Below, one piece after another: positions 51,028-64,000 of a stretch of 64,000 bases of DNA (within the stretch, counting starts at the first letter, position 1; each line of letters begins with the position of its first letter). Made by a program: the position numbers and the translations under genes. A model generated the notes under the pieces. It was not told the DNA's origin, did no database searches, and saw only the letters and a program-made list of their open reading frames with translations. This stretch comes from Octopus sinensis (taxonomy: Eukaryota): positions 10,150 to 74,149 of the forward strand of contig NW_021835986.1 in assembly GCF_006345805.1 (NCBI RefSeq), read 5' to 3'.

Positions 51028-54000
51028 ATGGTCAAGATTGGTTGTGTGAATGCGCGTGGCTTGGGGTCCTTGGAAACAAGGATACCTCCTAAATGACATC
51101 AAGTCACATGATTTGGAATCATAGCCATAAGTGAGACCAGACTCCACGAGCCACGGGCCCTAAAGTCCATGTTTGGCGGACAGTTTTAACATTTATTTCG
51201 CTCCCTGTCTGCCGAGGATGGGCGGTAGTGGCACCGCGGTACTTTTTCACAAGAGCCTGGATCTCGAAGTCAAGACGATATTCGTAGACCCGGAGGGTGA
51301 CTGATCGTTCTGGATGTTGACGGCAGCAATGGGTGCGCTTTTCGACTCGTATCAGTCTACGCACCGCCCTTAACAGGTCGGGCGGATTTCTTTCGACGTC
51401 TAGAAGTATTCTTGGGAACGTCTCGTCCTTTACTCTTAGTGGGGGATTGGAATGCTACCTTGGACACGCATGTAGACTACGTGGGTAGAGACAGAAACAG
51501 AAGGGGATGCAAATGCCTCAGAGACCTGCTCAGACGATTCCAACTGTCTGACAGGTACCGACTCGACCACCCAAATGCACCAACGTGGACATGGAGCAAC
51601 CGCAGTGGGTCGTCGAGATCGTATCTAGATAGGATACTGTGTAGGACAGTAGACAAGGATAACTTAGGATGTCCACAATTCCACACAGTCAGCTACACGG
51701 ATCACAAATTGGTGACGTGTACGCTAGACTTAGATAAGGCACATAGACAGGGTCCTGGGTACTGGAAACTGAACGCATCATTCCCGTCCAGACAAGTTTT
51801 CAGAGACCGGATTAGCACACTAGTAAAGAGGGCTTTGACGGGAGCCAACATCAACAACAAATGGTGGTTTGCCCTCAAGAGAGCAGTAAAAGCAGAAGCG
51901 ATTAGGTACAGCAAAGCACTAGCCATAGATAGAAATAGAGTAGAGGGTGAGCTAGTTAAGAAGCTAGAAGAGGCAATTAGAAGCGGCATCGCATCCGACG
52001 TTTTGGCGGCGAGGTTGGCCCTCGACCAACACTTCAACGCCAAACACGAAGGATGTGCTGTCAGAGCTAGGATGCGTGCTCTAAGGAACGAAGGTGTTGG
52101 AGCCGCGAGAGAGGCCCGGGTGGCAGAGGCGCAACAGGGCAACAAGCCACCATTCGGTCACTGGTAGATGAACAGGGGCGCGAATTGCTCGAGCCAAGTA
52201 AAATGTGTGAGGCCTTTCAGCAGCATTTTGCCCGACTGTTCGGGACGAGTGGAGGGCAAGAACGTAGGGTAGACTTCAGTGCCTACCTACATAGCCTGCC
52301 ACGACTCTCGACAAGAAAGGCAGGGTGCTGCGAAGGTGCCATCACGGCGGCGGAAGTGCGGGAAGCGATGGCAGAATGCTCGAGGGACAAATCACCGGGT
52401 TTGGATGGTCTACCCTACGAATTTTACTATTGTATGCCAGACTTGTTTGGAGACGTCTTGGCAGCGGTATACTGCAACTGGCAGCAAAACGGGAGCATAC
52501 CCGGTTTTGTGAGTCGAGGAGCTGTAACTCTGCTGAAGAAAGATCCAAACAAGGGAAACATTATAGATAACTTTAGGCCAATCACTCTGCTCAATGCAGA
52601 CCTGAAAATTTTGACAAAGGTGTTAGCCAAGAGGTTGGCGCTTGTCATGGAGAAACTGGTCGACAACGCACAAACGTGCGCGTGCCGGGCCGGAGCATCC
52701 ATGACAACCTCTATCTGATGCGCTACATCATAGACAGGGTAGTTAACGAACCTGGCATGGGTGGGGCCCTGATCAACTTGGATCAATCGAAAGCCTTTGA
52801 TAGGGTAGACCATCGATACTTGGAGGCAGTCCTGAGAGCGGCTGGTTTCGGTCCCGTCTTCCGCGGCTGGATAGCTGCCTTGTACAGAGGCATCCGTTCG
52901 GTAATTCGCGTAAATGGACATCTATCGAGACCTTCGACATTGCACGTTCGGTCCGTCAGGGATGCCCCCTCTCGGCGCTTCTATACGTATTGACTCTTGA
53001 GCCACTACTGCGGAAGCTGGCGACTCTGAGGGGCATCCCGCGAGAATTAGGATGCGGGACGAGCGTGTCTGCATACGCGGACGACGTCACCGTCATAGTG
53101 TCAAGCCACGAGCACATCGAGCGGGTCGGCGAGACACTGAAAGACTACGAAGCGGTGACAGGAGCAAAAATCAACCGGGAAAAGTCAGTGGGCTTGCGGC
53201 TCGGCACCTGGAGAAGCAAGCCCATGCCGTCCACCAGTACCTCCGTCGTGGGACGCTGGACAGACGGCCCGGTTGAGTTGCTCGGGGTCTGGTTCGGTCC
53301 GGACCTCCAAATGGAGAAGAACTGGAACGAGATAACGAGTGGGTGGTCACTCTCGCCCAGCAATGGGCCGAGAGGAAACTGTCCCTAAAAGGTCGGGCGG
53401 AGGTGGTGAACGCGTACATCGCGTCCATCATCTACTACCGCCTGACCGTCGTACCTTGTCCCGACCCTACCATCACCAAACTAGAACGCATTCTCTTCCG
53501 CTTCTTGTGGAAAGGATGCGTCCCGATGGTCAGGCGATCCATTTGCTGTCAACACCGTTAAAAGGAGGGCTGGGCATGCCGTGGTTGATGATGCGCAGAC
53601 ACGCGCTGAGACTGCGACATCTCCGGCTCTATGTAGACGACGGTGAACAGGTGTGGTCGCCGTTTGTGAGGCACGCATTCCCGCAACTCGTCTCCATGAC
53701 CGAACTACAGTCGTGGATCAAAAAGAGGCCGAGGAAGGGCGAATGGCACCGCGAGTGTCGCGTTGCTCTCAAGCAACTCTGCCGTCCCGGGTCGACCTTG
53801 AGTGACTTCAACACAACCAAAGCATTCTATAGGGGATTAGTGGAGGGGAGGTACGACGACGAGCTCGGGGCAAACCTGGGCGTCGACGAGGAATACCTGA
53901 CCCGCCTGTTTCAAACGACTTTCGGCCCGGGACCTATGGACAACTTCCAGAGATCCCTGGCCTGGCGGTGCTACCGAGAAGCGCTACCCGTTCGGGATAA

Positions 54001-54456
54001 GCTCTATAGGCATGGCTCGAGAAACACGGGGCCGACCTGCCCGAGATGCGGGCAGAGCGACGAAACCGCTCTGCACGCAATCGTGCAGTGTCCAGCAATT
54101 TCCCACCTGTGGGCTTATGTCGAACGACTGCTGTCACGTGTGGGACGTGTCGGTTTATCAGCCGCTAGTCTATCGTTAATATCGTCACGCCTCCTTCCTT
54201 CAAACGGGAAGGAAGAGCTATTTTATCATACTTGTGCTATGGCGAAAGAATGTATCTGGTGGACGCGCCTGAAAGGATTAGAGACAAACACTTTCCTCTC
54301 TGGTCAATCTCTCATCAACTTCTTCAAGTATCACTTGAAGAGGAAAGTGAGAGTAGAGAGGCAAGTTTGTCTAGTGAATGTTTTAAAAAAAGATGGGTGA
54401 ATGTAGCAAGGATGGCACGTATGAATGACGAAGCCACCTTGACTATGATTCTATGA
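51028..54456 (+). pseudogene. LINE ORF2 (APE endonuclease, reverse transcriptase, CCHC), broken mainly by 1-bp indels
   Basis: MVKIGCVNARGL, LLLVGDWNA, SRSYLDRI, YTDH, GPGYWKLN, KSPGLDGLP, NFRPITLLNAD, DQSKAFDRVDH, QGCPLS, YADD (53074-53085), CPRCGQSDETALHAIVQC. Confidence 0.9.
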
Positions 54457-54867
54457 ACCATAAAAATTAATACAGAGAGTTGCTTATTGCAAAAAAAAAA
54501 AAAAAAGAAAAAGAAATATAACATGTGACTTCATTGACCGAGGTTACCGAGGTCTTTTCCGTAGGCTTTTCTTTCCACGGGTAAACCTCACCTGTCCTCC
54601 CCTTTACACTTCATATTGACATTTCTGTGATAACGATCCCTATTATTCATTTTTTTCTTCCCCCCCTTTTTAACCCTCCCTTTTTTTTTCCTTTTCTTCC
54701 TTTTACGATCCCTTTTGATCGAAAACCACCCACTCTCCTTTTTTTACCCCCAAAAGAAAAGCTCTACCTTGTAATTGTTCTATCTGTGTGCAGCCCTGTG
54801 TGGCTAATAAAGAAACATATCTATCTATCTATCTACATGTCTGTATGTCTGCCTGCCTGCCTGTCTG

Positions 54868-56810
54868 TTAGGAATACAAAGGCTCTAGGGGGGTAGATCA
54901 AAATAGAATAGAGGGATATATAGTTTAGAAGTTAGAAGAGGCACATAAAACTGGCATCGCGTCCAAAGTGCTGGTGGCGAGGTTGGCCCTCGACCAATAC
55001 TTCAACGCCAAACACGAAGGATGCGTTGTCAGAGCTAGAATGTGCGCTCTGAGAAATGAAGGAATTGGAGCCGCCCGAGAAGCCCGAGTAGCGGAGGCGC
55101 AACGAAGCAACAAAGTCACCATTATGTCTCTCACTGATGAACAGGGGCGCGAATCACTCGAGCCTGAAAGCATGTGTCAGGCCTTTCAACAGCATATCGC
55201 CCGAGTGTTCAGGACAACTGGTGGGTTAGAACGCAGCGTGGACTTTATTGCCTACCTGCATGGCCTGTTACGACTCTCGGGAAGTGAGTCACAGCCGCTG
55301 ACGTACGGGATGCAATGGCAGGCTGCGTAGCAGACAAGTCACCAGTCTTGGATGGTCTCCCCTACGAGCTTTATTGTCATATGCCAGACTTATTTGGCGG
55401 CGTTTTGGCAGCAGCCTACTGCAACTGGCAGCAAAACGGGTGTATCTCCAGTTTTGTGAGCCGAGGAGCGGTGGCACTGCATAAGAAATATCCAAACAAG
55501 GGAAAGTCATAGATAACTTCAGGCCCATTACTCAGCTCAACGCATATTTGAGCAGGAGTATCCATGACAACCTCCATCTGATGCGCTACATCATAGACAG
55601 GTTAGTTAAGGAACCTGGCATGGATAGGACTCTGATCAATTTGGATCAATCGAAAGCTTTCGATAGGGTCGAGCATCGTTACGTGGAGGCTGGTTTCGGT
55701 CGGTAGTTCGCGTAAATGGTCATCTATCCAGACCATTTAACATCACGCGTTCGGTCCGTCAAGGATGCCCCCCTCTCGTCGCTTCTGTACATATTGACCA
55801 CTACAGCGGAAGCTGGCGACGCTGAGGGGCATCCCGTGGGAACTGGAATGCAGGAGTAGCGTTTTTGCAAACGCGGACGACGTCATCGTCATAGAGTCGA
55901 GTCACACGCATATCGAACTGGTGGGCGAGAGACTAAAAGAATACGAAGCGGTAACGGGAGCGAAAATTAATCCGGTCAGTGGGCTTGCGGTTCGGCACCT
56001 GGGGAAGCAAGCCCATGCCATCCAACAGCGTCTCCATCGTGGGACTCCGGACCGACGGACCGGTTAAATTGCTCGGGGTCTAGCTCGGACCAGACCTCCA
56101 AATGGAGAAGAACTGAGACAAGATAATGAGTAGGGTGGCCACTCTTACCCACCAATGGGCCAAGAGGAAGCTATTCCTAAAAGGTGGGGCATGCATCGCA
56201 TCTGTCATCTATTACCGTCTGACCGTTGTGCCTTGTCCCAACCCTACCATCACCACACTGGAACGCATACTGTTCCGCTTTATGAGGAAGGGAAGCATCC
56301 CGATGTTTAGGCGTTCCCAACACCCGCTAAATGGAGGGTTGGGCATGCCGTGGTTGATGATCCGCAGACATACGCTGAGACTGCGACATCTCCGACACTT
56401 CATAGACGACGAACCATTTCAGACCTGCGGGCTTCTGTCGAACGGCTGCTGTCACGTGTAGGACGAATTCAGTTATCGGCCGAGTCTATCGTGAATATTG
56501 CCCCGCTATTTTGCTTTAACCGGGAAGGCAAGGCAGTTTTCATTGTACTGGTGACTATGGTGAAAGAATATGTATGAAGGACTCGTGCGAAAGGTTTACA
56601 GACAAAGACTTTCCTCTCTGGTCAATCGCACATCAACTTTTTCAAGTACCACTTGAAAAGGAAGGTGAGAAGACAGAGGGAAGTTTTATCTCATGAAAGT
56701 TTCAATAAAAGGTGGGTTGAATGTTTCAAAGGTGGTATGCGTGAATGACGAAACCTCTTTGAGCATGATCCTGTAAATCCAAGAGAGGAAGAGAGAGAGA
56801 GAGAGGATGG

Positions 56811-56842
<32 letters not shown>

Positions 56843-56853
56843 AAGAGAGAGAG

Positions 56854-56891
<38 letters not shown>

Positions 56892-57085
56892 CTCTCATGT
56901 GTTTCTTTCCTTGCCTGAGGTTACCGTTCTTTCCGCGGTTAAATTTAATTTACTCCCCCTTATTTTGCCTCTTTACACTTCCCGAACACTTTCGATCCCT
57001 TCTGATGGGTTTTTTTTTCGAAAAGAAAAAATCCTACATTGTATTATTCCATTTGTTTTCGGTCCTGCGTGGCTAATAAAGAAAT
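54868..57085 (+). mobile_element. Diverged, internally deleted Tx1-like LINE copy
   Basis: Colinear with 51900-54820 at lower identity; ends cctgcgtggctaataaagaa followed by (ATGT)n. Confidence 0.85.
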
Positions 57086-57141
57086 GTATGTATGTATGTA
57101 TGTATGTAGTATGTATGTATGTATGTATGTATGTATGTATG

Positions 57142-57172
<31 letters not shown>

Positions 57173-57689
57173 TGATGGATGCGTGATAGTAAGAAACTCT
57201 TGGGAAAGCTGAGCTGCAGGTCTTCATAGAGGAAGCCCTTAACTCATTGTACTTCAAGGGGTCCAGAACTTGATTCCTGGATACCACGACTGTGGGAATT
57301 ACTGTCCGGATATTCCTGAGATCAAGGTGTCCGAGAGCCAAGGTCGATCGGTCGTAGTAACCACTTCGGCTTAAGACAGTGGTTGAACGTAGAGTAAATA
57401 GTAACTTCTAAAGTTCCATTGCCCCTTGGCCACATCGAGTTGGAATTCTATCCAGTTGTCTATACCATGGCCGTAAGGGCTCTGATTTTTATTTTCTCCC
57501 AGAAATAGGGAGACCTCCATGAGATCGTAGTCAGATTTACCTTGCTGCCATCTCTAAAAAAGGGATGACTTTTGTCTGGAAGCCAGATTCTATAATATAT
57601 ATTATTTATATGTATGCATATGAATATTATGTATATAAAAATATACATGAATAGATATTTTATGTATTTATATAATTTATCTTTTATCT

Positions 57690-58012
57690 GTTTCAGTCAA
57701 TATACTGCGGCCACACTGGAGCACCCCTTAAAAGTTTGTATTTGAATGAACCGATCGTAGTGCTTTTTTTTTAAAGCCGATATTTATGTCGAACCGCTAG
57801 GTTACCGGGACGTACAATAAAAACCCAACACCGGTTGTCAAACGGTGTGGGGGCAAACACAAAGTTACATACATACACACACAGTAAATTTTCACCCGCA
57901 AAGCTTTGGTCGACCCGGGCATATAGTAGGAAACATTTGCCCAAAGTAACACACTCTGAGGCTGAACCTGGGACCCTGTGGCTGGTATGCAAATTTCTTA
58001 CCACGCAACCGG
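57690..58012 (-). mobile_element. Decayed SINE family A
   Basis: cactggagcacc...caccggttgtcaa...ctttggtcgacccggg...gaacctgggacc. Confidence 0.7.
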
Positions 58013-58304
58013 CTTTGTCCCTGATTGTTATGGATCGTCTATAATAATGAAGGTGTATCCCTTAATTTGCCGCTTTTGTATACATATACAGAGAAAAAAA
58101 CTTACGGAACAGATGTTATTTTAATAAGATACATCTTGTAATCCTGAAGGGACACATGAACTCCTAAACCAGTTGTTAAGTATCTCCACTCATGAGAGAT
58201 CGATTCTAGATGGGTGGAAACAATTGTAGTGATCAATAAACATTCTCGTATATTCCATCTTCAGTATCCCATTAATCGAATATATATATACTATTTTATT
58301 CTTT

Positions 58305-58582
58305 TACATGTTTCAGTCATTTGACTGCGGCCATGCTGGAGCACCGCTTTAGAAGGTTTTTTTTTTTAGTTGAAGGAATCTATCCCAGGACTTATTCTTA
58401 GTAAGACTAGTACTTATTGTATGTGCCCGTTTTGCTAAACCGCTAGCTTACGGTGACGTAAACACACCAACATCGGTTGTCAAGCTATAGCAGAAGACAT
58501 TTGATCAAGGTGCCATGTAGTGGGACTGAACCTTGAACCATGTGGCTGGAAAGCAAACTTCTTAACACACACCTACGCCTGC
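58305..58582 (-). mobile_element. SINE family A
   Basis: tttcagtcatttgactgcggccatgctggagcaccgc...gtgggactgaacc. Confidence 0.75.
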
Positions 58583-59055
58583 GCCTACACACCACACACG
58601 CATAGACGCAGGCACACACACACACACACAGACACACACACACACACTCACACACATATTTATAATGGTATATGACAAAATTATTAAAACTCCGTCGAAA
58701 GTCAGAAGTAAGAATTTCGACATTTTAAAACTGAACCGCAAATTCAGCGAAAATCGTATTTATGTAAAAAAAAAAAATTTATAGTAAGACATATTGAAAG
58801 CAAATCACAGAAATACATAAAAAGAACTTAATTTCACTAATTCTTTTAGGCAAACAACTTATTCTAATTCTAAAAGGATAAGATTTAATTCCTTTTTAAA
58901 TGAAATATACTTTAATTCTATTTCCAAGTTGTTTTCTGAATAATGGAATAAATGAAATTATGAGAAAAGGCTCGTTTCAAAAAGATGTGTGAATATACAC
59001 ATTGTTACACACAAACACATATATACATATATACATGCGCATACTCAAATATATA

Positions 59056-59094
<39 letters not shown>

Positions 59095-59354
59095 GTACAG
59101 ATAGTCACAAACACAGTCATACACACAGACACACACACGCACACACACGTGTGTGTGAGTGTTTGTCTGTACACATATACACATATGTACACGCACACAC
59201 ACACACGTATACAAATATATTTCGCCACTTACACTGAAGAACACGTACACATATTCAAACAAAGCACGCCGAATTTGAAAGGTGAATAATCAAAACGAAT
59301 TCTTTTAAGCATTGGTTATATTCTGCATATTTCTAATGAGTTATGTCTCCTGTT

Positions 59355-59899
59355 TAGGTATGGAACACAATGTCGGGTATATGTCCACCTGCGCTGAGTC
59401 AGTAATATATTTATGCTCTCTTTGTAATTTCAGATAACTCTCTCAGAGATGTGTGGCCCGATGCCTCCAATCACACACCTGATTTCGGCCTAGAGTTCAG
59501 AAATTGTGTATGTTTTCTTAACGCATATCTGTGATTTCACATACCCCCATAAGACCAAATCACAAGGAGTAAGATCGCAAGACCTTGGTGGCCATTGCTG
59601 GTCACCATCCAAGGATATCACTCGTTGCGGAAAATTTTAGTGGAGTTATGCAGGCGTTTGGTGCGAAGTGTGGCAGGTCACTCTATCCTGCAGAAATCAG
59701 AGGTTGCCAAACGCCGTATCTTCCAAGTTCGGTCATAACTGAGTGAATATCATGTCTCGGTAACGTTCTCCAGTAATAGTAACTGCATTCCTCTCATCAT
59801 TTTCAAAAAGAACGGTCCAAGCTCTCCACCTACCCAAAAACCACACCACACAGTCGCTTTCAGTGAAGGCATTTTACACTCTTGCATTATTTGAGGATT
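59355..59899 (-). mobile_element. Tc1/mariner DD41D (rosa-like) transposase remnant
   Basis: NPQ..E..TVWCGFW.GG..GP.F, QD + 41 codons + D (QDRVTCHT...WPPRSCDLTPCD.VLWGYVKSQ); two in-frame stops. Confidence 0.8.
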
Positions 59900-59900
59900 G

Positions 59901-60600
59901 AACCACAAAACTTTCCTAGTCCTAGATTTGTGGTTTAACCCAGCTTTCAATTTGGCCGTGAAAACAAATATAGGTAGTGAATTCTTGAAATTAGTCTCTA
60001 GGCGTTTTCAGCCTGACCATAAGTTTTATAGAATATGTAATAGAAGAACGCTTAAGATCAGCTATTGTTGCTACAGAAACTTCGCCTCTTTCGTTAACCA
60101 ACACAACAGTAGAATAATTACTAATAGCCATAGTGCTGATTTTCTTAAAAATTGTAATTGCAAAGATGGGATCTCCTGTCCGTTGGAAGGGAAATGTCTG
60201 GAGAAAGGGTTCGTATATAGAGCCAAGGTGCAGAGAGAAGGCTCACACGAATATAGAACTTATACAGGGGTTTCTGAAAATTCTTTTAAAAGCCGATTCT
60301 ATTCGCATAAAAATTCCTTTAGCTACCCCGAAAATAGGACGAAGACCAGCCTGGCGAAATATGTCTGAGAATTAAAAGAAAAAGAAGCCCGACCTTTCAA
60401 CGTGACATGGAGTATTTTGGATAGAGCTGCACCATACAGGCACGGTACTCATAAAAGAACGATCAAGCGCGATTTATGTTTCCTGGGAAAACATTTCATT
60501 TTATTCCAGGACAATAATTCTTTAAATCAAAGTAGCGAACTCTTGAATTCATGCAGACACGTAGCTAAATTTAAAATGTCGACTAGCAATATCCCATATG
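59901..60600 (+). mobile_element. Penelope-like element C-terminal/GIY-YIG fragment with 5' inversion
   Basis: WFNPAFNLAVKTNIG..FNRRTLKISY-like segment, CNC...CPLEGKCL..VYRAKV..TYTGVSENSFKSRFYSHKNSF..WSILDRA..ELLNSCRH; one stop. Confidence 0.85.
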
Positions 60601-62034
60601 GATAGCTTATATTTTTGATCCTTGGACTAGTTTTTGATCACGCAGTTGGATTTTGTTTCGAATTATGCTTGATTTGTTCCGCATCGCAAACTTTTTGTAT
60701 ATATTTAGATATATTTCTTAAGGAAAACCTTCGATTATTATATGCAAATATTATCATTTTCTTGTTTAGGATTCTGCTTTTATTAATTTAATTTTATTAT
60801 TGTATTTTATAACCATTTTAAATCGTTTAATTTATAGATAATTCGATATCGGGTGTTCTTTTTACAAGTCTTTTACTAAATTATATTTATGCACTCAGCA
60901 ATTTTTAAGAATAGGTTGTTGTATATACGTCAGGACCTAGACATGTTTTTATGTGAATATTTGTACTGTTAGCATGCATATGTATTCGTATGTATGTGCC
61001 AATGTATATGTGGAAGTAAGCATGTATGTTTGTACTTATGCACATACATACATGGATGTATATGTATGCATGTATTCACTTGAATTTGTGTGGATGTGTA
61101 TTTATATATTTATATATGTGTTCTTATATGTGTATTTACTGCTAATATACACTTTTATATACACATGTATACGTAATTTTATATTGTGAACGTTCGTTAC
61201 GCATATTCAGACTTCTTTCTTTCTTCCTTTCTTTCGTTATTTTTCTCCACCAATTAGTTACTTGTATAGAGTCCTGTAACTTTACGCCCCTCTCCCCTTC
61301 CCTTACTCACTTCTTTAGCTATCTGTTGCTTATAAGATCGTTACCTTTTCTTTTTCTTTTTTTCCCCCACTCTGCGTTTTACTTCTTGTCTATATGTATA
61401 CACCAAGTTATTTTTGCATGCGAGCAAGATTGCGTATACATATGTGTGTGTGTATTTGTGTGTATATTTACGTCTTGCATATATATGTCTGCATATGTAT
61501 GTGGTCTCTGTACATCTATCTGTGTATTTTGATGTATATATGTATATTAATGGTTTAGTGTACTTATATACTGTTGTGAAATATTTAAATTTTTAATGTA
61601 TTAATTGTATTAATCGAATTATATTTCATATATAATTAATGACAATATGTATTTTGAATCCACTATTCGATTTAAGGTTTTTCTTAAATTTTTTGTAATT
61701 TATAATTTATATTGAATTAATTTATTTTGTTTATTTTGTTTATCGCATGCTTAAGACCGTTATTTGAAAGGACCAATGAAACAAATCCATTTTTAAAGGT
61801 GTGTCCTTTAACTAGTTTTGATCATATCGTTATTTCGGTTCTATTTTAATAAAACAGTCCGACAAACGGGAACGTGAAACTCTGAATAACAGCTTTTGTT
61901 AAATTTCTGCTGCTTTTAAATAAAGCATATTACTCTACCTCTGGTATTTGAGTACTCTTTGTTCCACCTTGTTTCACATTTATGTGTTTACTCCGGTATA
62001 TACATATACATATATACATAAAGTTAATCCAAAC

Positions 62035-62228
62035 ATGAAAACACAAAGAGAAAACACAACAACGCGAGAACGTGGAACAAGTATAGCATTATTGGACGCT
62101 CAGGAAAGAAGGAAAGAAGGAGGGTTTAATGTTTCGAGCGGAGCTCTTCGTCGGAAACATAGGAAAAGGAAGATCCAAAGAAGGGAAGACGGAGGAAAAA
62201 ATTGGCAACGGTACACACGCGGTCACAT
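62035..62228 (-). mobile_element. Second copy of the 1075-1270 repeat; hammerhead core mutated
   Basis: Minus GTTT-CCGACGA-A-GAGCTCCGCTC-GAAACATT-AAAC at 62124-62158. Confidence 0.75.
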
Positions 62229-62365
62229 TTTGAATGACCGGAAGGGAACACATATATACATACATACATCATACATACATACATATATATATATATTTGT
62301 AAACACACAAATATAAATGTACATACATATATATATACTTATATGTCATATTTAGCATATATATA

Positions 62366-62396
<31 letters not shown>

Positions 62397-62654
62397 ATAT
62401 ATATATAATATATAACATGCATACAGAATGAATGTATACCGCCCCCTCCACACGCACACACATACACATGCACATGTTTTGGGAACAATTGAAATCGGGC
62501 ACATGAAGCTATAAACAATAGTATGTAAACATTAGGCTGTAAGATCCTTTTGGATAGGAAATGTCGGAGGCTGCATTCGACTTCGAACAATATTTACATG
62601 CTGTTATTTATTGGGTTATGGGTATTAAAATCCATTGTTTTCAGAGAACATGTG

Positions 62655-62990
62655 AAGGCACATGGCTCAGTGGTTAGAGCGTCGAGCTTACGATCGTGAG
62701 GTTGTGAGCTCGAATCCCGGACCGGGCTGCGTGTTGTGTTCTTGAGCAGGACACTTTATTTCACGTTGCACCAGTTCACTCAGCTGTAGAAATGAGTTGC
62801 GACGTCACAGGTGCCAAGCTGTATCGGCCCCTTGCCTTTCCCTTGGATAACACTGGTTGTGTGGAGAGGGGAGGCCGGTATGCATGGGTGACTGCTGGTC
62901 TTCCATAAACAACCTTGCCCGGACTTGTGCCTGAGAGGGTAACTTTCTAGGTGCAATCCCATGGTCTGTGCTGTGACCGAAGTGGGTCTA
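62655..62990 (+). mobile_element. tRNA-derived SINE (family D head, different body)
   Basis: ggctcagtggttagagcg...gagctcgaatcccgg...gtgttcttgagcaggacactttatttcacgttgc. Confidence 0.8.
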
Positions 62991-64000
62991 AGTTCTCAGA
63001 GAGAATTATATCACGGTCATTCGTAAATTTATAAATTCTGTTGGTACACCGCACATAGATAACATTGATACACACATTCATTGATCCCATAATACATACA
63101 TACATGCATTCATTACAATTACATACATATATAATTACACATACATACACACTATCATCATATTACATACATGCATACATACTACATACATACATACATA
63201 CATACATACATCATACATACATACATGCATACATACATGCCACATACATAATACATACATACATACTCATACTCCAGCAAGTATATCTATGTATGTATCT
63301 TCATACAACAAAAACTTCATACATGCATATCTTCCTACATACAAAAACCACGAAATGCCTGGAAGTATGAGAGGTGGATATATTTATTTAAGCACTTGTG
63401 ATCCTTAGGATTACAGCTGTTTCGCAGCCTTCTTCATATAATAATTAATCCATAGTATAAGAAATTGTTTAAATGTCAGCTCTAGTATGCATGCTACGCG
63501 TTATACTTTAAAATTGCATATTTACAAAACAGTGCAGATACAGAAAGCAATCTCCAAACCATCGTCGTTACACCTATGATTCAACTATAAGCATGCATAG
63601 AAAATTTTCTCATTATATATACAATGTATGCAAGACCGATATTAGATAAAATTATCTTGGCATGACCATTAAAATAACCATTAAAATGCTGGCATTAATG
63701 GGTAATAAGTATTCTACAAATAGCAGAATGTCTGTATATAGTCCGCTACGTTATCTATTACTAAGGTGGGACAAAATTATACTTAACTTAGGTAAGGAAT
63801 TTTTCAGTGGCATTACTCTACGTTAAAAGTTTATGAGCGTAGATGAAATTTAGTATAAGGTATAGTCAAAATGTAATAATGATTTATATTTAAGATTCTG
63901 GCATCTTACAACCAATTCCTCACGCTGATTTATAATATCCAATTTAATTTTATTATATGGAATGCCTCAGATACGCGGAGCCTACACCAGACACAGCGCC

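Larger units (their letters stand above)
48651..54820 (+). mobile_element. Near full-length L1/Tx1-clade non-LTR retrotransposon
   Basis: ORF1 with CCHC knuckle, ORF2 with APE, RT and C-terminal CCHC, 3' UTR with AATAAA, then (ATCT)n. The exact 5' end is uncertain. Confidence 0.88.

Noticed and set aside
57180-57600. Minus-strand ORFs possibly from another LINE ORF1
   Set aside because: No diagnostic motif could be identified.

Overview
AT-rich, microsatellite-dense animal genomic DNA, most likely an intron or intergenic region of a coleoid cephalopod (Octopus-like; inferred from the tRNA-derived SINE families and repeat landscape). No multi-exon host gene can be supported; there is one weak minus-strand exon candidate at 30442-30756. 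Almost all ORFs in the track are translated simple repeats. Recognisable content: (i) a family of L1/Tx1-clade LINEs, namely one near full-length copy at about 48651-54820, two 5'-truncated young copies, a diverged copy and an old decayed copy, with the young copies sitting in (ATCT)n arrays; (ii) fragments of Penelope-like elements (two GIY-YIG domains, one RT), RTE, R4/Dong-type REL LINE, a DD41D mariner, a mariner MITE and two Helitron pieces, one carrying an OTU domain; (iii) many SINEs of about 5 families. The most notable signal is a set of type I hammerhead ribozyme (HHR) folds of several architectures. It includes three GUC-type HHRs with long helix II, minimal HHRs with palindromic helix III, a 431-nt retrozyme-like tandem unit, and a candidate natural G3:C8 core-swapped HHR (GUGAACA) that a standard CUGANGA search would miss. 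All alignments and folds were done by eye; no searches or folding programs were run, and element boundaries are approximate.
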